Source: Podarcis muralis (Eukaryota). Taken from it: a stretch of DNA of 64,000 nt. Location: assembly GCF_964188315.1 (NCBI RefSeq), contig NC_135670.1, positions 40,238,001 through 40,302,000 of the forward strand, in the 5' to 3' direction. Below, one piece after another: positions 38,672 to 53,300 of the stretch (position 1 is the stretch's first letter; each line of letters begins with the position of its first letter). The notes beneath the pieces are model-generated. The model was not told the origin of the DNA. It was given only the letters and a program-made list of their open reading frames with translations, and made no database searches. The position numbers were made by a program, and so were the translations under genes.

Positions 38672-38939
38672 ATAGTAAAGGCATACATGTAGTAAATTGT
38701 TACTTGAAATCAATTAATTTGAACAACTTACTTTCTCGGGGTTTACCCCTGAAAATTGACATCTTTTCGAAACATATTGGGAAAGAGAATGCAATACTGT
38801 ACTTGCTTAAGTTCTGTTTAGTAAAGGAATGTATTTATCTGCTTGTTAGCCTGAGGTTGGTTTCTCAACCTACAATTTTTGTGTGCTAAAAACAGGAGGC
38901 TAATTCTCCCCTTAATGCAGCATCTGTTGTAGATGGAAG

Positions 38940-40296
38940 TTAAGTGATTGAGCGGGTGGTTGCTGAACAACTCCCAGCACACCTGGAGGATGTGGACCAT
39001 TTGGATCCCTTCCAATCGGGATTCAGGCTTCATCATGGGACTAAAACTGTCTTGGTTGTGCTGGTCGATGATCTCTGGCGGGCTAGGGACAAAGGTGAGT
39101 GTTGTTCCCTAGTCCTGCTGGATCTCTCAGCGGCTTTTGATACCATTGACGATAACATCCTTCTGGAATGTCTAGAGGGGCTGGGAGCTGGGGGCACTGT
39201 TATACACTCCTTCTGGCTGTGTCCAGAAAGTGGTGGTGGGGGGTGAGTGTTCAGACCCCTGGGCTCTCACTTGTGGGGTGCCTCAGAGCTCCATCCTCTT
39301 GCCCCAAGTTTTTTAACATTTATATGAAGCCACCTAGAGAGATCATCAGGGGGTTTGGGCTGGGTGTTCATCAGTATGCAGATGATACCCAGCTCTCTCT
39401 TTTAAATCAGAACCAGTGATGGCGGTGAATGTCCTGTGAGTGTCTGGATGGATGGCGGCTAACAGATTGAAGTTGAATCCTGACAAGACAGAAGTACTGT
39501 TTTTGGGGGACAGGGGGCGGGCGGGTGTGGAGGATTCCCTGGTCCTGAATGGGGTAACTGTGCCCCTGAAGGACCAGGTGCGCAGCCTGGGAGTCATTTT
39601 GGACTCACAGCTGTCCATGGAGGCGCAGGTCAATTCTGTGTCCAGGGCAGCTGTCTACCAGCTCCACCTGGTACGCAGGCTGAGACCCTACCTGCCCGCG
39701 GACTGTCTCGCCAGAGTGGTGCATGCTCTAGTTATCTCCCGCTTGGACTACTGCAACGCACTCTACGTGGGGCTACCTTTGAAGGTGACCCGGAAACTGC
39801 AATTAATCCAGAATGCAGCAGCTAGACTGGTGATTGGGAATGTCCGCCAAGACCATATAACACCGGTCCTGAGAGATCTGCATTGGCTCCCAGTATGTTT
39901 CAGAGCACAATTCAAAGTGTTGGTGCTGACCTTTAAAGCCCTAAACGGCCTCGGTCCAGTATACCTGCAGGAGCATCTCCACCCCCATCATTCAGCCTAG
40001 ACACTGAGGTTCAGCGCCAAGGGCCTTCTGGCAGTTCCCTCATTGTGAGAAGTGAGGTCACAGGGAACCAGGCAGAGGGCCTTCTGGGTAGGATGCCTGC
40101 CATGTAGAACGTCCTTCCATCAGATGTCAAGGCAATAAGCAACTATCTTACTTTTAAAAGACATCTGAAGGCAGCCCTGTTTAGGGAAGTTTTTAATGTT
40201 TAATGCTGTATTGTGTTTTTAATATTTGGTTGGGAGCTGCCCAGAGTGGGTGGGGAAACCCAGACAGATGGGCGGGGTATAAATAATAAATTATTA
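38940..40296 (+). mobile_element. L2-clade LINE, 5'-truncated and degenerate
   Basis: LDPFQSGFR, LLDLSAAFDTID, QYADDTQL, NRLKLNPDKTE, SRLDYCNALY; (TAA)-rich tail. Confidence 0.9.
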
Positions 40297-41147
40297 TAAG
40301 TGTCAGACCCAGAGTCTGCTATATACACATCACACTTAGAAGTCCATTTTGCACAGAAGAAAAATTGTCACAGCTTCTCCAGAACATTACAGCAACATTT
40401 AAAGGCGACTTCTGCTGTAAATGCAAGTCTCGTTTCCTGAGCTCAATCCAAGACATCTTTCCTCTAAACACCACATGGCAAGTGCTTTCTCAGCAGGCTT
40501 ACTGCTCAAATTGTGTCTGTACACACCCTTTATCAGTACCACACTCACCTACACTTTAAAAATAAAGTATATTTTTGACCCTTAATGCTGCCTGCCTCCT
40601 TCTGGTTATTTCAGATGAAAGCATCTCTATTTAAAGTGACATGTTTCACTGAGATGCATTATAGCTTAGCAAATGGACTCTAAATTTAATCAGGCACCCT
40701 CATTATCGAATTATTATCCTTGGGATAAGCAAGCCCTTCCCCAGAAACAGATCAAAATCAAGCTACTCAGGAAGCCATTTAGGATGCAATTACTCCCCCA
40801 GTGATATGGTGAAAAATGCTAGCTTTTCCCCAGAAACATGCAAGCTCTTCCTCATGTACAATCTATAAACTGACCCTGGAAATTTGAAGAAAGCAATGAA
40901 GGACACAATTGCCTTTACAGCAATAACTGAAGCTTAATGTGAAAGTATCACGTACTTGTTCTGAAGGAGATTCATTTACTTGTGCTTCTGATACAGAAAC
41001 ATTAGTACACATTAACAATTGCAGAAAGAACTATTTTCCTTGCGAATTTGGCACTTGCGCGTTTTGCTTGAATTATAAATTCTAGTAGCTACTTTTCTTG
41101 TTTATCTTTATAGTTGCCCATTCTTTATTGGGAAATCCTGACTCCAG

Positions 41148-41395
41148 GTAATAATAATTTATTATTTGTACCCCGCCCATCTGGCTGGGTTTCCCCAGCC
41201 ACTCTGCGCGGCTTCCATAGAAACCAAAGATACAGTAAAATATCACAGATTAAAAACTTCCCTGAACAGGGCTGCCTTAAGATGTCTTCTGAACGTCAGG
41301 TAGTTATTTATCGCTTTGACACCTGATGGGAGGGCATTCCACAGGGCGGGCGCCACTACCGAGAAGGCCCTCTGCCTGGTTCCCTGTAGCTTTGC
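41148..41395 (-). mobile_element. L2 3' end fragment
   Basis: Reverse-complement homology to 40060-40296. Confidence 0.75.
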
Positions 41396-43323
41396 TTCAG
41401 GGAAGGCAAAAGAAACCAAATTAATTTAGTTTCAGGGCACAAAAAATTACTTTTAGGGAACTTTAAGCCCATACAAAAATTGAGTTGATGGAACAGTGCT
41501 ACAACACTGGATTTGCTTTGTGAGAATGCTTGCTCCCTCTGGAATACCCAAGAGAATGTGCTAGAACTTGACATGCAACACAACTTAAAAGTTAAGAGCA
41601 AGCAAGTCTCCAGGAGCAATGACTGAGAAAAGCACCTGGATGTTCAGGTGAACTATCAGGAGAAAGGCAAATCCATCAATTGTGGCTTTCCTCAGTTCTC
41701 ATTTTCCCCATCTTCAGTTTTCTACATTTCACAATCAGTTTGAGGATTTTTAAAGTGTTTATGACAATTCGTCAGCATTTAGTGCAAAGTCTTCTTAATA
41801 TAATTTTTTTGTATGCAATTTTGAGTAATATACACATTTTTGCAAAGCAGTGTCCCCTAATTTAATGCAGTTTTTGTATGTTATTTCCACCAGTACATTT
41901 TTTTTGTACACATTACTTGGGCTGGAGAAGTGCAAATTTCAAAGGTTGGTTATGTTTCAGTAGGTGTAAATTACGTTGATTTGCCTTTAAATACAAATTG
42001 AATCAAATTTCTCCACTATCCCCTAATTGTCAGAGACAAAAGTCATGATCCATCATTGTCCACAACCCAAGACGTGCAAAAGTTCCTACATGTTCCACAA
42101 TCTCTCTGTGTATTTTTACCAAGATTAAACAAGTCTGACCACAACACTCTGCAACAGCAGCACCCTGAAATTTAAATATCCGAGATGACTTTGTCTTGAG
42201 AACTTATTTCGAAGAATAATAAAGACAATTTAATACTTATTTGTATTAAACAACATATACACACAATGGAAAACCGTTGGAACTGTATCTTTATAATCAA
42301 CATTTGTCTCCTTGAATTTACACATGTAGAACTCCAGCACCCTCAAAAAGGTATCAGCATTAATCTGACCACTGCTGTCTTCAGAGAAAAACAGTAAAAA
42401 CTGGAGGCACACCAAAATGATCCAGGATCTTTTTGCAATCCCCGCCCATTACATTCACTGTACAGGTTACAAACATACTTAATGTAAAGCTTTTAAAGTA
42501 AATTTTTAAGGAAAAGCTGACATGAAATGAGAGATTTAGATACATTTACAGCACACAAGAAAAATTGAGAACTCCCTCGTTTCTGCAGAGAAAATTGTAG
42601 GAGAGGGGGGAATCAGATTTTGTTGCTGTATGTCTCAGGATGTGTGGAAAGTAAAGCATGGGTTGAGAGAATGGAGGTGTTACCAACAGCATCATATAAA
42701 TGGTCGGGACCAAAGAACTGAAGCCATTTGTAAACTTAACATATTCAGGGTTTTAGAACATGCTTTCAATAGGACTTGCAGAATGGTGGCCTAAGAGGAG
42801 ACATAGCCATGTACAGGTCTACAAACGTTATACAACATCGCATGCGGAGAAAGTTTAAGAATGGCATTAAGAGGCAGAACTCAAAAAACAAAGTGACAGT
42901 ACAAAGGATGGAGGGGGTGAAGTGAAGTATCAGGGAAATCTTCTTGAGAGATGTATGGAATTGTGGAATATGTTAATTCCCAAGGAGATGCTTAGAAACT
43001 GCAATAAACAGATAGATAGACAACCTGGGAATAATGATAGTGGATGCACTGCAGGGCCGAGTCAAAGCACAGGCCACATAATTTAAGTTTCCTCCCAAGC
43101 TTATTTTTCAGAAAGCAATGTAAGGAACTATCTTCAAGGCATTTCATTTCTTTTATCGTTCCCTCTTTCAGAGAGGCATCAGCCTCTTGCAAAGTTATGG
43201 ACAGAGTCAATGCAAGAACACCACGCTTTCTGCCCTGTATCTAGCAGCAAGGCCAGCTTCCATTCGCACTGCCAGGATACCTCTTCTCTGCTTCTTATCA
43301 TTACACCTATGCAGATTCTCGTT

Positions 43324-46300
43324 CTAAAAGGGCGGAGGCTCCAACTTCTCCATTAGAGATTTGACCCAGCTTGTTCCATTGATGAGTTTAGTTGTTGCAA
43401 TGACATATTCTGTGCCCCCATCTTCCATTTGAGACAGAAAGCGGAGGGCTGCAATTTCGGCATATGTCACTCCACCCAGGAAAAATACCAGAGTGACTCT
43501 GTTTTCTCCATGCTGACCTGCATTGTTTACAAGGTAGAGAGTGGAAAACTGACTTTGAATATATTTTTGGTGCAACACAACTCCTACCCAACCCTCACTT
43601 CCCCCAGCTTGGTTTTAGATTGGTTATTTGACAAGAAGGTTGCTATGCTGCAGTTTGGAAGAGGGAAGCTAACCTAGGCAGAATGAAGCAACAGCGACTA
43701 AATATGCAACATCTATCACTCAGATACAAGGCCCAACCCACTGGGAATGCCTACACTGCATTGAAATCAGTGGGAGTTGTGGGAGGCTGAACCCATGCAT
43801 CTGATCCAGGGCTCCATATGAGCTGCAACATGCAAGAAGAGTGGTTGAAATTGCATGGCCATTTTTTTAAAAAGTCCATACAAACTTGCACCCTCTAGGA
43901 ACAAGGAAGCCTTTGTTTGCACTGGAGCTCCAGTGTTAACAAGAAGCCACTGTACTGCAGGTGAAGCTGCAGTTGTCATTAGCAGCCCTTTAAGCACTAT
44001 ATTACAACACAAATTGTGTGTCCAAAGATACCTACGTTTTTTTTGAAGCCCTGTTGGCAATTGCTGCCTCTCTTCAAAGTGTGGTCCTGGAAGCATCTTT
44101 AACACTTCTTCTATACTTCGCCACCCTGGACGGGCAAGCAATTGTGCCAGGCGCACACTTAGAGGAGCATAGCCACTGTATACATAAGAGATGTCGTTGG
44201 GATTCTGCAGGAAGGATGGAAGGAAGTGGGATCAATGAAGAGCAGCTTATCACCACAGTGCATTTCATAAAATTTTTAGCAATGCCATAACTGTGTGATG
44301 AAGCACTTAACTTACCTGTTCATTGACATCATCCATCCACAGACGCAGAGTTTTCCGAATTGTTGGGTAGTTGTTTCTACTGGTTAACTGGGTCTTCAAG
44401 AGTCCAGCCTTTTCTAGATTATTTAAAGTCAGTATATGTTCATAGCCATAAGTCTGTAACAAGAACATGTGTTGTCAGGGGTACCAACTTGAATAAAATA
44501 TTGTGGGGGCCCAGGTAAGTCCTGTCCCACATAATCAATCACATGACACAGTGCACACACACCATGTGAATAGCAGTGCCCATCAACTTTGGAGGGCCCA
44601 CCTCTTCAGATATTTTTTTTTTGGGGGGAGGAGCCCCCGTAGCCTCTAGGAGTTGGCTCCTATGTGTGCTGCTTAGTATTGGTTGTATTGGTGGACTGGT
44701 AATGTTGTTCGGATGCCTGATTATTGTTTTCCAAAGCAATCGCTCTATTTCAAACTTAAAAATGGAAAGCGTAATGCTGGTGGTCAACAAAATAAGTTTA
44801 AAGACTCTCTCAAGGCAAATCTTAAAAAATGCCGTATAAACACTGACAACTGGGAAACCCTGGCCTGAAAACACTCCAGTTGGATAACAGCCTTTACCTA
44901 AGATGTAATGGGCTTTGAAGACACTCAAACTCAGGACAAAAGGGAGAAATGTGCTAAGAGGAAGGAACCCTCACCGTGATCAACTCTTGCCCAGAAACCT
45001 ATGTCCCCACGTGGAAGGACGTGTGGAGCCAGAATTGGTCTCCACAGTCACCTACGGACTCACTTTTAAGACCATGTATGAGGGCTCGGCAAAGAAGAAG
45101 AAGGTATTGTAATTTTCTTTTTTTTAGAAAAATGTTCTTTTAAAATTTATATTTTATGGATTTTCAGTTACAAATGAATTAGATATTAAAAAGAAGAAAA
45201 GAAAGAGTATAAACAATAACAAGTTGCGAGTACTGAGACATCACACACCAAAAGGGAAAAGTATTACAGACGCTATCCCAGTTGTACAGTTGAAAGTACT
45301 TGTCATTCCACTATGTTCAGTGTGATGCTTGGAGGGGGGTGTGGAAGTCATGAGGGTGGCCGCAGTTACAAGTTATAGGTCTATCTTACTATTTAATAAT
45401 ACACAGAAAAGGAACTGAGGCAAGTAGAGAATAGAGGAAGGGGATGGTACTGAAAACCATTGGGGGGAGTGTCAATGATACTATACTATATTGTATTTTA
45501 TATAATATGTATGGATTGTCATTTGACCTGCTTAAGAGATGCACGGTCTATCTGCAAGAAAGCAAAGTGAGGTTGTTCAAAACCATGGACTGATTTAGCA
45601 TTACCAGTCTTGGGTTCATTGACAGTATAATCCTGTGTACAGTCGTACAGTACTTTGGAAGTCCGAATCCATTCCGGAAGTCTGTTTGACTTCCAAAACG
45701 TTCGAAAACCAAATTGCAGCTTCTGATTGGCTGCAGAAGCCTGTCGGATGTTCAGGTTCCAAAAGAATGTTCGCAAACTGGAACAATCACTTCCGGATTT
45801 GCGGCATTCAGGAGTCAAAACGTCTGAGTTCCAGGGCGTTCGGGATCCAAGGTATGACTATATGTTGTAGGAGTCAATGTGATCAAAGGGAATTCCTCCA
45901 AGGTAAGTCTACATAGTGCTGTAGCCCAAGACTTCAATCAATAAACCATTTGATTTAAAGCTAAGAACACAGTGAAAAGTAAAAACAGGAGCTGAGCAAG
46001 TCTAGATTGAACCAAGATAGATAGCTATAGATTGGGCAAAAACAACATTTCTTTATATTTTTAACAAGTTTTTCTTCTGTGCCACCCAAACCTGCAGAGG
46101 TAACATTCAATTTAAAAATGCAATGCCCTCATCTGCATGTAACAGTAAGTCATGGGTCAACGGCAATGTCAGGATGGAGCAGTGTGCACAGTCCCCAAAA
46201 GTTCTTGCATTGCTCCTTCCTGGGTGTGAGCCATGAAGCCTTAAGTTATCATTATGTCTGAACCTGGAATTGTGGTTTGTTTCTCCTGAATAAACAACAA

Positions 46301-49300
46301 ACATGAAGCCACTGTTCCTGCTTTTGCAATCATGGTTTATACAAAAGGAAGAAACCACAACCATGGTTCATATATTGATAAGTCAAGGTTGCCTGGCTTG
46401 TTGCTCTCACTTGCTCCAGGGGAGGAAAAGGGCAGCATGAGCTAGCAGACTGCAAAATCTCAATAAACTATTAACCATGTTTGTTTCTCTTTTTAATTAT
46501 TATCCTTTAAAAAAAATGCTATGCAAATAGGAAATAGAATATAAATACATCAACCTTGACATTAGGTTTTAATTACTGAGATGAGTTAGCCAGCAGCTGG
46601 CGCGATGACTTGAGTTTCCCCACTAAACAATCGTGCATAAGGTTCTCCCAAGAGTGATCTATATTTGATTTGGCTAACCTGGAGAATCTCTCTCTTATAA
46701 TGATCCAGGACCTTCTGTTTCAGTCCGCTGTTGCACACTGACTGCAGACAAACAAGTCTTAAAATCTTGATCAGAGGATGCTTTTGGGCAATACAGTCTT
46801 CAATGTAGTTGTTGACCTAAACAGAAAAATCAAACCAACAAAACTACACCAACTTTTGAAATGGTAGCGAAACAAAATGTTTAGCTCTTATTCGTAGGGA
46901 TGTAAAAGTGGACATGGAACCTCCTCCATCACAATGTCAAGAACAATTTGCATCAAAGTGAAACCAGCCACAAAACAGGATGCAATTTTTGGTGAGCAGT
47001 TTTTCTTCATCAATAAGAGTGGTTGCAGTCTGGGGCAGAAGGTGGTGTTGAGGATGTTGGACCAAGGAAGTTTAACTTCCAGAAGATTCAGTGGAACAGA
47101 AACAGGTTCTATTTAGCAAAAACGACACCCACCATTATTCCAAGAGATACTAGATAACAATGGGGGGGAACTATTTTAAGAGCATTTTCACCTACCTTAT
47201 CAGTGTCTATTCCTGACATAAACTCTTGTTCCACTGTTAAGTTATCAAAGAAGTCTTCTGATGCTTAAATAAATAATAATAAACAGTAAATGAACACGCT
47301 GCGTTTGAAAATAGTTTTCAGTCAAGAACAGTGCTGATATCTGGCCACTGGCAGCTTATCCACAGGGAATTTATTAAAGCTATAGCTGGAATATTCTGTA
47401 AGCCACCTTGAGTCCCATCTGGGGGGAAAGGCAGTGAGTGAGTGAGTGAGTGAGTGAGTGAATGAATAAATAGGTAAAAACTCACTAGTGATATCTTTGA
47501 TGAGTTCCGCAATAGAAGTGTGGTTAGCTAAAGAGCTTCTTGCTGCTTGCATGTGCGGCAGCTGTGAGACAAACTGTTTGATCTCTCCAACAGTTTTAGC
47601 ATGGTGTCTTTCCTAGGAAAACAGACCCAGCAGATAACAGTTTAGAGTCAATCCCCAAGAAAACATGGAAATCTTATGTGTCTCCTTTACAGTGTTCACT
47701 ATTTTCAGTTAAGGAAAAAAATAGTTACGCTGCTGATGAGAGAATATCCAGTTCCCCATCCAATATTCTTTCTTTGTTGCATGATCAGTTTTGCAGTGTA
47801 AAACTGCTAAATGAATGGCAAGCTTGAGCACTTTCCTAACCATTTCTAACTAACTGGCATCTTTTCATGCATGTTGCAGTTTTACACATAATAAAAACAT
47901 TCTTCCTTTTCTAACACCAAAAAAGCCTGTGGGGCAGTGGAAACTGTGCTGAATCAGGAGCTGCCTGGGGTGAGTGTGACCAGGTTGGATACCGGCCCCA
48001 GCAGAGTAAAACTCTTCTCTAACCTAATGAACTTCAAATATGAAACCAGCAGGAGACATTGTAATTCACACCGAGCTCATGACAGAGTGGAAAGAAAACC
48101 TCTATTTAAGTCCAAGATGCGCCCCTGCCAAATTACTAGAACACACATGCCTTCTTTAATGACCACCATGCACTCCCACGGTTACAAATTGTCCCTTTGT
48201 TTGGATGTTTGCATTTTATTGATTTTACGTTTATTTTGTTTCTAAATTTTGCTCTTTGATTTTGAGAACCCTGATTGAAAAGCAGGTTATAAATGATCCA
48301 AATAAAGAAATTGGTCCAACATAATGAAGTGAGAAATTATCTGAGTCCATAAGGATGTTTCCTGAAGAGACATAAATCTTGTTATCTCAGTAACGATGAA
48401 AAGCACAGAGCTTAACTCTAAGGACTAGATTGCCAGAGGTGTCTAATGACTATTAATAAGGACAATCCAGATGTATGTATTCCGCTTCCAGTTTCTATCA
48501 GACCAACAAGAAAGAACTACACATCCAAACACATTTATTGAAAAGTGGAATTTGGTTGAAGTGTAAACTATATGAATGGCAAGCCCAGGCAGGAAGATAA
48601 TAATGAAGTATGCCATTAATAAGCCTTTTGCTACCCACAAGCTGCTGTTTCATTATCACCTATTATATCTGACAACCTTGCACTCTCTCTTGTTCCTTCC
48701 AACATAAAAGTGCCAATTATAGCACTCAATTTTAAATGGTTCCTCTTTCAATAGGCAAGTGCAGCTGGTCTGGCCTTCTAAAGGAGCAGAAAGAAATGCA
48801 GAAAATGTGACCAGATTACACAGCTCAGAGCTCAAGTCATCTATGCTTTTATGTACTATCATACTAGGCCAGGCATGATGGAATTTCCTGAAACTGCACA
48901 ACATGGAAACTGCGCACACACACAACATGTAAACTGCACACACATTTGTGACTGCAAGGACAAAGCCACTTGCCCAAATTATTATATGGCTACACCATCC
49001 CATGAGATATGTGACATCAAGAAGATACATCTGATTCCAACATGCCATAGGAAAGTCCACATGTATGCCTTGGTAGTATGGAATTGGGGTAGGATTCAGT
49101 TCCCTAAGAATCTCAGCTTTCGTTAAAATACAAGCAAGTTTCCATGTCTTATGACTGTAATGACATGTTCAAAAGTGTGCTTTCTGAATTCTCAAAAGCT
49201 AATGGGGAGGGCTTCAGTGTCTTCCATAACTTATTGTCTCTCTTCATAAGCAGTAAAACTAGAAGGGTACAAAATGTGGAAGTATAGATTGTGTAGATCT

Positions 49301-50274
49301 ATACACTTATATGCATAACACACTTATATGTTGCTGATTCAGGTTCTTCTTGGTGCGGGGTTTGGATTGCACAGGCACAAATTTTCATTGTTTTTACAGA
49401 ACACACAGCCTTGATCAAGACTAGTGCTGAAGCAAAAGTGCAGATCTGACTTCTGATTTGACCAGCATCCTGCAACTGCAAGGTGTATGTGGAACACTTC
49501 TGAGGCTGAATGGACAAGCCAGTTGAACCTGGACTCATCTGTGGGGATAAGATAACACAGGTCGATTACCTCAAATGCGGCTGAGATTATTTTGGCTCTC
49601 TTGCTCAGCACAGAGCCCACAGCATTGAAATTCTTGTCCCGGATCTCTGCATAAAGCTCCTCAGCAGAATTCAGCTGCAGCTTCTTGGGCTCTGTGGGGA
49701 GATCCTTGCCACCCTCCCCCTGCTTCTTGGGGGCAAACTTTTCTGGAGGGAGTTTCACGTAAGCTGCCAAAATACAAGCCAAAGGAAACAGAGCTGACTT
49801 GGCTTCCCAACACACAGAGGAATAAACACTGGGAAATAAGGAACCTGAGCTGTCACTTGGCAAGTGCTAAGCTGGCTCTTGAGGGGCACCAGTTTTCATT
49901 TTTCCCAACTGAAACTGATCCAGGGGAAGCATCTTATTTCCCCTCTTCTCCTCTGCTGCCCACTTGTGGAACACTTTCTATACCAGATAATACCACTGGA
50001 CAAAAGAGCAAAATACTTTCCCATTAAGTCAGGTGAAATAAATGAGAGTTACTAAACTGCTGCTAGAAAACTTGGTGGGATGGGGGCCCTGTGGCCCCCC
50101 AGGTGCTTTTGGACCATCCTGGTTGGGGCAGTCCAACAACAGCTGGAGAGCCACAGGTTCCACACCCCTGCATCAGACAAGATGAGGAGAACTGGAGTCA
50201 TCCTATCATCCTCAGTGTCTCTAAAATGCTGCTTAAGGGCACGGGAGTGGGAGACCCTGAAAAATCCTCTGAAA

Positions 50275-50330
<56 letters not shown>

Positions 50331-53300
50331 AAAGCAGAAGACCTACAAGGAAGAGGAGTAGCCTTCCTTGGCTGGGGGAAAAGAAAGGGGACAATGACAA
50401 CAAAAGACCAATTGGCATATCGTGAGGAAGCTGAGAAAAAATCTGTTACTGGGGATTGTTGTCCCTTCTCTGAACAGAACTGCTTACCTACTCCCTGACT
50501 AAGGAAAGGATGTGACCGGTAAGAAGAAACCGTCCACTACAACGAGAAGAGAGAATAAAGATGTATGTACTGGTCTAAGACAGGGTCTTTTTCCATCTGA
50601 GAACCAATTACTCAGAAATTTTGTTACATCCTGGTCACAGCTGCTAACTTACTATTCTGAATTCCGTATATCTCATCAATAAGCCCCTCATAAGTCAGCT
50701 GTGTGGCCAGAGGTGACATCAAGTCTATGTTGCGGTCAAGCAGCAAGAGGGTATCAAAGACTGGGAAGATTGGATTCTGGCTCCCAGAAAACTCCCGCTT
50801 CATCCTGATCATCATATTTGCCACGTGCTGAAGAAAGAAGCGTTTGGAAGATTATGACTCAGGCTACAAGCAGCAAGTAACACATCCAACATTGCAGACA
50901 TCTCTGAATATGCACCTCTCACTTCCTGCAGTGGTGAGCCAAGCTCTAGAGTGGTGCTCTGTCATCCCCTTTGTGCAAGAGACAGACCCAGACTGACTGC
51001 TGCTCCTCAACCTCCAAGGACAGGGGCAGAATAACCAAAATCCGCAGCCTCATCTTCTTCATGTCTCTCATATACACCTCATACACCCACACACCCATTC
51101 ACTATAACACAGAGTGTGTGGATTCATTAGACATTAAAGACCACATGCCTCTTTATATATAAGCAGGGTTAAGAAAAGAAAGAAAAAAGTAGAGCAATTC
51201 CAAAGCGATTGTTGTCCATACAAAGAGGCATTCACACAGTGAAATGGCAGACAAGGGAGGCGTTCTAGATCATATTTACCCTTGCGCATTCCCCTTTCCC
51301 AAAGATCTGTGGGATTGTTCCATAAAGTGCCTGGAGTGTCATGAGTCCCTTTGCTGCGTGATAGAGGCTGGTCTGGTCATTTTCTAAGTAACACTCCTAT
51401 ATTTTAAAAAAAGACAAAGAAAGCATGGTAAGAAACTTAGGATGCAGGTGGTATCCTCAGCTTACAGCAATAAGCAGAAAATAAAAAGGCACCCTACAAA
51501 CACTGTACTTTAAATAAACAGGATCAGAAAACTGGCACAGATGACAAAGTGCTTCCTTGTGCTAATAGGTGTGTGTGTCAAACGGAATTTATTCTGCTGG
51601 CTCTCCTAGCTCCACAGAAGACCTTCATTCAGTGATCACAAGAAATGAACACACACGTATTAAGGACAGTTGAGGACAGGGATACTCTTTCTCCCCTCCC
51701 TTTCTTAACTTACTGGCAGTGTGGGTCCTGCTGCCAAAATTGTCACACTCACTTCTGTAGGCTGAGACTAGGTAGGGACAAGGTGCGTAAGCTAAGTAGT
51801 TGCTGCCTGCTTAAATTGTAATTTTACTGTCTGAAACAGCATTTATATATCCTCTCAATTTCATTTCATATAATAAAGCAAGCTTTCTTTGTCAATGTCT
51901 CTCAATAATCTTACTGTAAAGCCATTTGTTTGCCTCTAAGAATTACTGGGTTGCCCATCTGGCAGTTAATAGGTCTTTAGGATCACCAGCCCCAAACAAA
52001 AAGTATCAGGTGTCAGTTTTATTTAGGCAGGAATGGAGGCAAACAAATGTTCATAAACGGACACACATTATGATGTTAGCAAAAGATCCCAATCTTCTTT
52101 GACAGTGTGTGTATGAATACATGTGAGTGGTGGACACGCATGTGAGTTCAGACACATACTGTAACACCCCCAAGGTGGTAAAATTTGCTGTAATTGATTA
52201 CTATATACTGTACCATATATATTGGCCAGCTTCCTTTTAAAAACCTCCAAGCAGAAGGCAGCCACCAGCTAATTAATTGTCACTGTCGAAGAGGGTTTCC
52301 ATAGTATTCGTCATATTAAAATATACATACCCCACTTTTAAATCAATTTTTTCAAATCAGTTTATATAAAAAAACAGTATGAACAAAAAAACACTTAACA
52401 CACCTTAACAGAGCAGCACTAAAATCAGTTGAAGGCCTAGGTGAAATTTTCACCTGTGGCTCTAGGAAGATCAACCAATAATCAACACTCAGAAGGCGGC
52501 TCTCTTTCTGGTCACCAAAACTCAAGAGAAGGGCCTCTGAAACAGTTCTTAATGCGTGGGAAGAAGGAAGTGACCCTCTTAATATGAAACCTAGATCTGT
52601 TTCCTTGCAGTTGAAGCTCATGACCTTGTCGTACAACGCAGAGAATAGTTGCTGTCCTTATAGCACTGAGGTGGTGGGGTATGCAGAAGATCTGGTTCCA
52701 GTCTAGACCTCAAGTCAATAGGAAGCCAAAGCCACTGCCAACTAATGACTCCTATGACTGAGCATTGGGATGCCAACTGGGGGCTATCAGCAGCCAGTTT
52801 AGAAATATACCCCACACTGTGCCACCCTATGCAAAGAAACCCAATACTGACTTTGAAGGCGCTTTCAGACTCCATGGATAATAGGTCTCCATCAAATGGA
52901 ATGAGGTCCAGGCTGTACTCCTCTCTGTGAATGAAGGAGCCCAGAACTCCTTGATTCTTCAGTCGCTGCTCACACAGCAAGCTGCGGCGTGGCACAAACA
53001 GGATGTGGAAATCCCTCTGTGGACAACGGACTCTGTCTTCACTAGAAAGGACACAAGGAGATACCTCAAGAAATACAGAAACTACCAGTTAAAGTGAGAA
53101 GTTGGCCTTCAATATTCTGAACCAAGTTCGTAAGTGATGTCACCTGAGTTCAGGTGTAACTTTTCAGTCAAGGAAAACAAGTAAGGTAACCATGAGGTTT
53201 CTACTCAGACTGCAGAAAGCAAAAAGGTAGGTCTGGAGAGCTACTCTACCTGAGCACATTTTCAGCAATTATGTCCATGAGTTCTAGCCTTGGTCTGACA

